From an uncultured Thermoplasmatales archaeon (lineage in GTDB: Archaea > Thermoplasmatota > Thermoplasmata > Thermoplasmatales > GCA-001856825), in assembly GCA_964468585.1 (NCBI GenBank), contig CAYXTM010000006.1, forward strand, positions 5,318 to 69,317: a stretch of DNA of 64,000 nt, given 5' to 3'. The notes below the pieces were generated by a model. That model searched no databases, was not told where the DNA came from, and saw only the letters and a program-made list of their open reading frames with translations. Numbering within the stretch: the stretch's first letter is position 1; each line of letters opens with the position of its first letter. A program made the position numbers and the translations under genes. Below are positions 37,576 through 45,766 of the stretch, in pieces.

Positions 37576-38998
37576 CTATAAACCCCCTCTTACAAATCCT
37601 TTCAAATACATCTGCTGACCTTCTCCTGACCCTTTCCTTTGTTTTGTAGTCAACCCCAAAGAGACCAAACCTCATTGAGAACCCGTCAGCCCATTCAAAA
37701 TTGTCTATAATTGACCAGTGAAAATATCCGAGAACAGGTATCTTGTTCTCTGCCATAGCCTTGGCCATGAACTTTATATGTTCTTCTATATATCTCCCTC
37801 TTTTCTCATCTCTTTCATCGGCAATTCCGTTTTCTAGGATGTAGATTGGTTTTCCATACTTTTCGTAAAGAAGAGAGAGAACGTTCTCAAGACCCTGAGG
37901 ATAGATATCCCACTTGAAGTCCGTGCAGTCAAGGCAGTCTTCAAACTTGAAGTCAAAAGGATTGGATTCAAACTCCGGCCCCGCAGATACCCTCACCCTC
38001 TGGTAATAATCCAATCCAATGTAGTCAGTTCCCGGCAAGTCTAGATGAGTCTCCGCAACTCCGTCACCGTCCTCATCTAAGAGCCCTTTGACAATAAGAT
38101 TCAGTATCCACTCGTTACTCATATACCTAACAAATTCAGTTGCTTTTTTGTCTCTCTCTCCTGCTGTTGCGGGTTCAAAATACTGGAAAGCGAATCCTAT
38201 CCCTACTTCCTTTCCTTTGTCCTCTTTTTTCATTATCCTGTAAGCAACGGAATGAGCCAGAGAAAGATTCTTTTCAACCATCATGGCAAGCAGTATGTTC
38301 GAAACGGCAGGGGGGAAACCTGAAGTTGGACCGAGAAAATAGCCTTGAGATGCTATGACCTCGGGCTCATTTATAGTTTCCCAGACATCCACTAGATCAG
38401 AAAATTCTCGGGCTATGTAATACACGTACTTTGCATATTCAATTATTGTCTTCTCATCCAGCCATCCCCTCTTCCTGCAAGAATCTATGTCCTTATGACA
38501 TTCCACAGGATCGTGCAGCCAGGAAGGGAGAGGCCAGTGGTATGCGGTAAGGAATACCTTCATACCCATGGATCGAATGTATGTTAGTATTTCCTTGTAC
38601 CTTTTTACTGCTTCTTTGTTAACCATTGATCCAAGCATTCTGATTGAATCCTCATCCATAGTGACGTCCAATATCTCCCCATGGTTCCCCTTTTTAACTT
38701 CACACGGTATTGATTCTGTGGAATTTGGGAACAGCCTTCCCCACTCTATGCTCAACCGGAAGGCATTGCATCCAAGGGACCTTGCATTGTTTATATCAGT
38801 CCTATATAAATCGTAGAAGCCGTCCCCTTCTTCAGGCAGGTCGCCACTTACAAGCCCTTCATTTTTTATCTCTTCGCTATGTGTCCACTGATACCAGTCT
38901 GTGCCTTCGAACTTTGCCTCTTCTGAGGCTCCCATCTCAGTCTGAAATGCAGAAATGGCGCAACCCCATATGAATTTTTTTTGAAATTCGACCTTCAT
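37568..38998 (-). CDS. GH1 beta-glycosidase
   Basis: 'FIWGCAISAFQTEMG', acid/base 'TINEP', nucleophile 'YILENG', 'HWSIIDNFEW'. Confidence 0.9.
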   Translation of the reverse strand: MKVEFQKKFIWGCAISAFQTEMGASEEAKFEGTDWYQWTHSEEIKNEGLVSGDLPEEGDGFYDLYRTDINNARSLGCNAFRLSIEWGRLFPNSTESIPCEVKKGNHGEILDVTMDEDSIRMLGSMVNKEAVKRYKEILTYIRSMGMKVFLTAYHWPLPSWLHDPVECHKDIDSCRKRGWLDEKTIIEYAKYVYYIAREFSDLVDVWETINEPEVIASQGYFLGPTSGFPPAVSNILLAMMVEKNLSLAHSVAYRIMKKEDKGKEVGIGFAFQYFEPATAGERDKKATEFVRYMSNEWILNLIVKGLLDEDGDGVAETHLDLPGTDYIGLDYYQRVRVSAGPEFESNPFDFKFEDCLDCTDFKWDIYPQGLENVLSLLYEKYGKPIYILENGIADERDEKRGRYIEEHIKFMAKAMAENKIPVLGYFHWSIIDNFEWADGFSMRFGLFGVDYKTKERVRRRSADVFERICKRGFIDV

Positions 38999-39564
38999 AT
39001 ATATTCATAAATCTTAACTGCATAAGTAATTAACCATTTTACCGCCAGGAAAAGTTCATTCAAAGTGAAAAAAGATGCGGAATGTAGAAAGAAATCCCCT
39101 CTGCTACGAGAAGCATTCCTAAAGGGTATCGCTGTAATTAAATAGGGCCAGATGAGCTCAAGAGTGTGAATGAAAATCAAGAAGGATACTGGAAGACCAT
39201 AGAGTTTAAGGAAATCCATAAGTCTCCCGATACAATCTTAAGTAACGATTAAGAGCATTGAGAATGATTCAATAGCTGCATCAAGATAGATTAATCGTTC
39301 AACCCTCATCATGATGACAAGAAGTGCCGCAGGCTGTAATGCTACATTTGTAGCACAGCTCTCTCTTCTAAGAAGCGGATTTCCAAGAATATTCTTTATG
39401 GTGTCGCAGTTCGCGGAATACATACCAGAGACCAAAGGAAAGATGACTTGCATATTAGTAAGCCAGTCTAGAAGAAGAGTGGACTTATGGATACTTTGAA
39501 TATGTGAATGAAACTCGGAATTATCACTGCTGAAATCATTGAGGAGAAGGATAGCAAAATACAT
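38995..39564 (-). pseudogene. possible disrupted ORF: two same-frame ORFs separated by a single in-frame TAA (39238-39240)
   Basis: ORFs 39238..39564 and 38995..39219 share a frame (39564-39219 = 345 nt). No family is recognised, so coding status itself is uncertain. Confidence 0.25.
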
Positions 39565-39591
39565 AGATCATTGGTTACTCTCCTTAGAAAA

Positions 39592-39606
39592 TTATAAATA
39601 TAAAAA
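39592..39606 (+). promoter_or_regulatory. TATA-box-like element for the SDH-like/SCP2 operon
   Basis: TTATAAATATAAAAA is centred about 25 nt upstream of the ATG at 39624, as expected for a leaderless archaeal transcript. Confidence 0.4.
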
Positions 39607-39623
39607 TTCTCATAGTTCAAGGC

Positions 39624-40757
39624 ATGTCAAAATCTTTCCTCGTCCTTGGAGGAGCAGGGGATATGGGTTCTTCTGTTGTCGAAGACCTTGCTTCTCACGC
39701 GGATGGTGATTTAATAATTGGGGACATAAATAAGGAATCAATTGAGAAGGTTGCATCTAGACTGAAAAATAAAGGCCACAAAATAAAGGGAATTAAAGTG
39801 GATGTGAGCAACAGGAAACAGATGAACGATGCACTGGGATCGGCTGATATTGTGGTCAACACGGTCGGTCCGTTTTACAGGTTCGAACAAGTTATACTAG
39901 ATGCAGTGAAAAGCCACGATGTCGGTTACGTGGATATATGTGATGACTACGATGTGACCTTTCAGATTTTCAATTCTAATAATAGAGATGCTAGAGGAAG
40001 GATAATAGTGGGAATGGGGTGGACACCTGGAATAACCAATATCTGCGCTAGGGATGCGTTCAATCAGATGGACAGTGTTAATGATATAAACATAGCCTGG
40101 TCAGGAAGTGCTGCAGATGCATCAGGGAAAGCGGTGATTGAGCACGTTTTTCATGCCGTGACTGGGGATGTGCCAATGTTCCTCGATGGGAAGTTGACAA
40201 GTGTTCCAGCAAGGCAGTCTCGCAGAGAAATCGACTTCCCTGAACCTGTGAACAAGGTGGAAACGTTCTACACGGGCCATCCCGAGCCTATAACAATCCC
40301 GATATTTTTGAAGGGTGTTAAAAATGTAACTGTGCGGGGTGCTCTTGTTCCAGATTGGCAGAATCACTTAATATCCCAATTTGCGGATATAGGTCTCACT
40401 GAAAAAAAGATGATAAATGTAAGAGGTACAAAAATATCCAGCAGAGAGTTTCTGGTGGAGTTCGTTCATGAGACATTAGGACAGTTCAGGGCCGGAGGTG
40501 TGGACAGGTCAGCATTCTGGGTAGAGGTTAAGGGTAAGAAAGGGGGGAAGGACGTAACTATGAGGTATTCAGGTGCTGACAGAATGAGAAGATTAACTGG
40601 AATACCTGCAGCCATAGGAGCACAGTTCCTTGCTGAATCCAACCTGAAGAGAGGGATATACGCACCAGAAGGTGCCATTGACCCTAAGTTCTTCTTTGCT
40701 GAAATAAGGAAAAGAAAAATTAGAATAAGAAAGGTAGTGGAAACAGAGGAATTCTGA
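39624..40757 (+). CDS. saccharopine dehydrogenase-like NAD(P)-binding oxidoreductase
   Basis: 'FLVLGGAGDMGSSVVEDL' Rossmann motif, 'NTVGPFY', and a length and layout typical of Sacchrp_dh_NADP/carboxynorspermidine dehydrogenase-like proteins. Confidence 0.75.
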   Translation: MSKSFLVLGGAGDMGSSVVEDLASHADGDLIIGDINKESIEKVASRLKNKGHKIKGIKVDVSNRKQMNDALGSADIVVNTVGPFYRFEQVILDAVKSHDVGYVDICDDYDVTFQIFNSNNRDARGRIIVGMGWTPGITNICARDAFNQMDSVNDINIAWSGSAADASGKAVIEHVFHAVTGDVPMFLDGKLTSVPARQSRREIDFPEPVNKVETFYTGHPEPITIPIFLKGVKNVTVRGALVPDWQNHLISQFADIGLTEKKMINVRGTKISSREFLVEFVHETLGQFRAGGVDRSAFWVEVKGKKGGKDVTMRYSGADRMRRLTGIPAAIGAQFLAESNLKRGIYAPEGAIDPKFFFAEIRKRKIRIRKVVETEEF

Positions 40758-40760
40758 GCC

Positions 40761-41219
40761 ATGCTTAGCTTTGGAACGAAGGAATTCTTTGATCATCTGA
40801 AAAATACTCTAAACAGGGATAGGCAGTTCAGGAAGCTGGGGAAGGGGATTTACAACGCAACTGAGCTGATCTACCTCAGGGACATGAAAATTGGGGTGCT
40901 TCAAAAGACTGTGGATGGAGAGATCACCGAATTCCGCCTGGTGTCTAGGAAAGAGATTGGGGAGCTTGAAAACTCATCAGAAATCGTATACTATGTGAAG
41001 GACTACGACACACTCATAAGCATGCTTAAGGGGGAGGACAGTTTCGTTTCACTTGTTATTGACGGTTCTCTGGAGTTCAAGGGCTCCATAAAGAAAGCTA
41101 TGCAAATTCAGGCAGCATCCGACAGGATGGAAGTCATAGTGAAGAATGTATGCAACCAATCAATACTTCCAACGAAAATCCAGTTCCAGAAGTGGGCTTC
41201 AAAGGAGGGATACATATGA
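40761..41219 (+). CDS. SCP2 (sterol-carrier-protein-2) fold protein 1
   Basis: 'EFFDHLKNTLNRDRQFRKLGKG...MLKGEDSFVSLVIDGSLEFKGSIKKAMQI' follows the SCP2 pattern. It starts 3 nt after the SDH-like stop. Confidence 0.6.
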   Translation: MLSFGTKEFFDHLKNTLNRDRQFRKLGKGIYNATELIYLRDMKIGVLQKTVDGEITEFRLVSRKEIGELENSSEIVYYVKDYDTLISMLKGEDSFVSLVIDGSLEFKGSIKKAMQIQAASDRMEVIVKNVCNQSILPTKIQFQKWASKEGYI

Positions 41220-41623
41220 CGGAAAGATTTTCTGAGGAATGGTTCAGGGATTTCTGCAATAGGATAAACGGGGATGCCAAATACAGAAAGGATGCAAAGG
41301 GGTGGGTATGGCCCTTGGTTTTTTCCATCAAAGGGGATGAAAGGTCCAGCTGTTTGAAAAGCGGCCTTAAAATGATCGTTAAAATCTACCTCAAAGATGG
41401 GAGGTGCGAAGGTCTGGAAATGCTCAAAAGTGAAGATGTTAAAAAGGATGAGTATCTCCTTAGCGGGAACGCCTCCTTATGGGAAGACTTAATAGACAGA
41501 AAGATAACTCTGTTGAATTCAATTCTAAAAGGGAACATGAAGATAGCCGGAGATGTCAAGAGACTGACTTCATATCTTATTGCTGCCGACGACCTAGTTA
41601 GGATTGCGGGGGAGATAAAGTGA
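41216..41623 (+). CDS. SCP2 fold protein 2
   Basis: The ATG at 41216 overlaps the previous stop (ATGA). 'EEWFRDFCNRINGDAKYRKDAKGW...LNSILKGNMKIAGDVKRLTSYL'. Confidence 0.6.
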   Translation: MTERFSEEWFRDFCNRINGDAKYRKDAKGWVWPLVFSIKGDERSSCLKSGLKMIVKIYLKDGRCEGLEMLKSEDVKKDEYLLSGNASLWEDLIDRKITLLNSILKGNMKIAGDVKRLTSYLIAADDLVRIAGEIK

Positions 41624-41982
41624 GTCAGAACAGAGTTGATGAGCTGAAAGATGTTCTTGAGAAGTTTGTGAACGATGTTAACAATAATCAGAAGGTCCAG
41701 AAGCTCATAAGAAAATGGAGTTCTATTGTGAATATATGGGGGAAGGACATAGGTGCAGGGTTCATCCTTTATGTGAATGAGGGAAAGGTAACAGATATGA
41801 GGGAGGCTTCAAGCATTGATGACGGGAAAGTGAAGGTTGTGGGGGAATCTTCGACACTCATAAACATGTTCAGGGGTAGGGAGAAGATCGTTCATCTCTA
41901 TCTTGATGGAATTGTGGAAACTTATGGGTCTGAGAGGGATCAAATCGTGCTTGATGCTATAGCGAGACTCCTCTGGAGTTGA
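41620..41982 (+). CDS. SCP2 fold protein 3
   Basis: The GTG at 41620 overlaps the previous stop (GTGA). 'LEKFVNDVNNNQKVQKLIRKW...MFRGREKIVHLYLDGIVETYGSERDQIVLDAI'. Confidence 0.55.
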   Translation: MSQNRVDELKDVLEKFVNDVNNNQKVQKLIRKWSSIVNIWGKDIGAGFILYVNEGKVTDMREASSIDDGKVKVVGESSTLINMFRGREKIVHLYLDGIVETYGSERDQIVLDAIARLLWS

Positions 41983-42042
41983 TGTGATCTGGCACCGAAC
42001 CTCAAGAGGACCCTAAAGTTTACTAGGCTTGTTTCAGTAACT

Positions 42043-43275
42043 ATGGGAACTCCGCTAGCTTCCTCTGTCTTTCTAAGCATAATCATAATGGAGACCATAA
42101 CGAGGGATCTTTCAAGTCTTCTTCTGGCCGTAATTATATCGACTGCGCTGGCAACGCTTGCATCCCTTTCTTACGGTGAACTGGTGAGCATATATCCATC
42201 GGCTGCAGGAAACAGGGTTTTCTTGAGAAAACCCATGGGCAATACGCTATCCCTCTCCCTGTCATTTATGTGGACCCTAGTTATCCTAGGAGCCGCAGGC
42301 GTTGAAGCCTATGTCCTGGGAAACGTACTCCATTTCCTTCTCCCTCTCCTTCCGGCCATTGCCTGGTCCATAGTTGCCCTTACAATAATTCTTTTTATAA
42401 ACGCTATAGGCGTTGAAATATCTGGTAATTTTCAAATGGGCGTGACATTTTTCATAGCGCTCTCTCTCATCTCCATATCCCTAATTGCGCTGCTCTATTC
42501 GCACCATGTGGTTTACAAATTCGGTCCCTTAGACATCGGCAGCTCCCTGATTGCGGCTGCAGTTGGGGTTTATTTCTTCCTTGGATTTGGCAGAGTAACA
42601 ACGCTTGGAGAGGAGGCAATAGACTTCAAGAAAGGTATTCCAAGGGCAATGCCACTTGCAATCATTCTGCTGGGAATCGTTTTCCTTTTTGTAACCAGTG
42701 CGATATTCCTTACTGTTCCTGTTTCACAACTTGTGTCTTCCCCCATACCTCAGATAGTGCTTGGAAAATACATGTTGAACAGGAATTCAGCAATAGTCGT
42801 TGCGATAGTGAGCGTTGTTATGAGTTTCGGGACTTTCAACGCAGGGATACTAGGGACGTCAAGACTCATATATGCCTTGGGGAGGGAAGGGACCCTCCCA
42901 TCATTCCTAGGAAGTATAAATTCTAGATTCTTCACCCCCATCCCTTCCCTTCTTTTTCTATACGTAATAGCCGTTGCTGTTTCTTCCATCGTATATTACA
43001 CGAGAAGCTTCACAGTTCCTGTCTTGGTAGCAGCACTATTTGATTCATTCATGTATGCATTCGTGGCCTACAGTGCCCTTTGGCACCATAGGAGGATGAG
43101 AAGTGAGGAGATACCTTTCAGGGTGAAAGGCGGTGCTGCAATCTTCTCTGCAACACTGGTGGTCTTTCTCATCCTTGCCGTACTGTTAATATTGAGCTCT
43201 GCTGCCATTGTTTCAGCGTTGACTGCGGCTGGTATTGTTATAACTGCCCTCTACTTCGGACTCAAGCATAGGTGA
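42043..43275 (+). CDS. APC-superfamily amino acid/polyamine permease, 5' end apparently damaged
   Basis: About 11 to 12 TM segments. The in-frame sequence upstream of the listed ATG encodes the conserved N-terminal 'NLKRTLKFTRLVSVT', but no canonical start exists between the stop at 41980-41982 and 42043. Confidence 0.7.
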   Translation: MGTPLASSVFLSIIIMETITRDLSSLLLAVIISTALATLASLSYGELVSIYPSAAGNRVFLRKPMGNTLSLSLSFMWTLVILGAAGVEAYVLGNVLHFLLPLLPAIAWSIVALTIILFINAIGVEISGNFQMGVTFFIALSLISISLIALLYSHHVVYKFGPLDIGSSLIAAAVGVYFFLGFGRVTTLGEEAIDFKKGIPRAMPLAIILLGIVFLFVTSAIFLTVPVSQLVSSPIPQIVLGKYMLNRNSAIVVAIVSVVMSFGTFNAGILGTSRLIYALGREGTLPSFLGSINSRFFTPIPSLLFLYVIAVAVSSIVYYTRSFTVPVLVAALFDSFMYAFVAYSALWHHRRMRSEEIPFRVKGGAAIFSATLVVFLILAVLLILSSAAIVSALTAAGIVITALYFGLKHR

Positions 43276-43525
43276 CTTTAGAAAAATGAGAAACTAAACG
43301 AAGTTTATTTGACATACAGCAGATCAATCGTTTATAGGTACTTTTATTATATGCAACGAAAATGATCTCAACCCATCACATCCTTTGCTGAGAACGTTCC
43401 TCAAAAATTAAGAAACGGTATTGACATATCTTATCTGTGTCTGGCGTGCAAAGGATGACATCGGTTCAAAGGGAACATCCAAATCTTGCGACAGTATGTT
43501 GTGTGTTTCTAGGAGGTGCTTCTGA

Positions 43526-44433
43526 ATGAACAAGGTGATATACGTACAGCTTCATTGCCATTCCAGAATATCCGTTAACAGGCTGAGTGGCGAGGGGGTT
43601 TTCCACAGATACATCTGGCCATTGGAGAGATTCGTTACCAAGGCACTTATGAAATCACAGAGATCGCTCCTGGAGTATGCAATCAGCAAAGGAGTAGATT
43701 TCATTGCAATCTCCGATCACAATATGCTGACTACTGACTGGAGCAATGAAAGGATAATACCATCAGAGGAACGGGGGCAGAAGAAGGGACACGCAAATTT
43801 CATAGGTATATCTAGGAGCATTGACCCGGATGATTCGTTCTTTAAGGGAAAAGATCCTGTGAGTAGAAAGAATTTCAAAGAAGCATTCGACGAAGCTCAC
43901 AGGCAGGGGCTTTCATATCGATCAATCATCCGTTCAAAAAAGATGCATGGGAATGGGGGGAAGAGTCCTACAGGAACGCAGATTCTGTTGAGGTGTGGAA
44001 CGGGCCTTGGAGCCCAGAGAACGAAAAGGCACTCCAGCTCTGGCAATCCCTCCTTGAAAAGGGATTTAAAATATTTGGGAATGCCGGCAGCGATTTTCAC
44101 GTGACTTTTCAAGGGAGAATAGATTCACCTGTTGTTGCAATCGAATCTGTCGCAGATAGGAGAGGAATCATAGAGTGTCTGAAGAAAGGATCTTTTTCCC
44201 TTACGAAGGATACGAAAAGTCCCGTAATATTTTTAAGGGATGATCTGAGCTATCTAATTGAGAATGTGGTACCGGGTATGGTGTTGAAGGTTATATCTGA
44301 TGGGAAAGTCGAGAAGATTTCTGATGCTCCAAATGAAGGGAATGTTGATAGGAGGGGCTTCAAAAAGTTTGTCAGGATGGAACTTTGGGTTGACAATGAA
44401 CCTGTTTCATTTTCAAACCCGGTCTTCCTTTGA
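43526..44433 (+). pseudogene. PHP-domain (CehA/McbA-type) metallohydrolase with a frameshift near 43906-43909
   Basis: Frame A gives 'VQLHCHSRIS...DFIAISDHN...GHANFIG...EAHRQG'. The frame displaced by one base (equivalent to one missing G) continues 'AFISINHPF...VEVWNGPW...GNAGSDFHV'. The junction lies in a GGGG run. Confidence 0.8.
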
Positions 44434-44597
44434 ACTTCTCTTCCTATACAAAGGTTTTCCATTCATCTAGGTATTGTTTCAAAATTTCTAACACTAAATT
44501 TTGTATGCACTCGAGGTGTACTAATGAAATTTGGCGAATACCGAAATGATTTCCGTCAAGGTTCATCTACAACCTCTATAGGGTTAGTGAGAAGCAA

Positions 44598-45587
44598 CTA
44601 TATGATTAACTCTATCACGCCCTCCTCGAATTCCAAGTCCTTTTCTGCAATTTCATCTCTATAAACGCTCCCTGAGGGTTCTCTACCTCCAGCTCCGATT
44701 ATCGAATGAAAACCTGTCACAGGGATATTGCCGATGAATGCCATCTTCTGATCATCCTTCTCGGCTTTCTTTGCAATGTTTGATTCCCCTTCAAATCTAA
44801 GTTCGAGAAGATTCCCTACCATCATCGGGTTTATAACATATCTAACAGCTGGTAATCTTTGAGCAATATAATAGGATGAATCCATCCATTCCTCTGGCTG
44901 CCATCTGCCGTTCTCCAGATAACCGTTCCACCTTCCAGGGTTTGCATCAGGTTGCATCACTATTTCGGCATCCGATATTTTTGAGATGTATTGCGGCATG
45001 AAGGCATCTAGGCTTATTGCAATAGCCATCTTTTTCCCTTCTATCTCGAATGTTTTCACAGCTTCGATTGGGCCAGAGGAAATCCCTAGGTCGATCTCCA
45101 TCTGCGTTAAAAATACTTTATCTTGTCTGTATATTTCCCTTCCGAACCTGTCAAATACAAAAGCGGTGTTTAGCACACTTGAGCTGACGGGACGAACACT
45201 TTTGTCTCTTATTTCGAACCTAGCCATGTTGTTGCATGTGACGGTATAAACGTTATATTTTCTAGACAGGGAAGAAAAGAAATCATAAAAATCAGAAACG
45301 AACCTGTATGTTAGTGAAAGAAATATCGCTGTTGTTAAGGCTATATCAGGGTATGTGCCAAGGATCGCATTTATCGATTCAGAGTTTTCAGAGTAATAGT
45401 TCGCCACGGCTTCTGACACGGTTTCTGCCTTAGTTTCTTTGAAAGCTAGAAGCAGGCCTATGTCTTCAGGAAAAACGATAATGTCCCCGGGGTTAGTTCT
45501 ATTGTAAAACCCTTCTATATGCGACCTAAAGCCTTGGTCCGTGAAATCCCCTTTTCCTATCTTGAACTGAACTCCCACTATTCGCAT
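44598..45587 (-). CDS. carbon-nitrogen hydrolase (nitrilase superfamily)-like protein with Ser in place of the catalytic Cys
   Basis: Glu 'IIVFPEDIG' and Lys 'YRQDKVFL' are present. The Cys box 'ICFD' reads 'AISLDAFMP'. This is followed by 'IVMQPDANP'. Confidence 0.7.
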   Translation of the reverse strand: MRIVGVQFKIGKGDFTDQGFRSHIEGFYNRTNPGDIIVFPEDIGLLLAFKETKAETVSEAVANYYSENSESINAILGTYPDIALTTAIFLSLTYRFVSDFYDFFSSLSRKYNVYTVTCNNMARFEIRDKSVRPVSSSVLNTAFVFDRFGREIYRQDKVFLTQMEIDLGISSGPIEAVKTFEIEGKKMAIAISLDAFMPQYISKISDAEIVMQPDANPGRWNGYLENGRWQPEEWMDSSYYIAQRLPAVRYVINPMMVGNLLELRFEGESNIAKKAEKDDQKMAFIGNIPVTGFHSIIGAGGREPSGSVYRDEIAEKDLEFEEGVIELII

Positions 45588-45766
45588 ATTTAATGTTATA
45601 GTTCAAGCTTTATTAAATGTTGATGATGCTTGGGGAACATGCCTGGAACTCATTCTATGCATTGAGAAATCGTTTCCAATTCTACAACATATAAAAAATA
45701 GAGGAAAAGGATTAATTGAAGTAAGAATTAAATGAAGCAACCATACATTTGAGCAAAGGGGATTCT

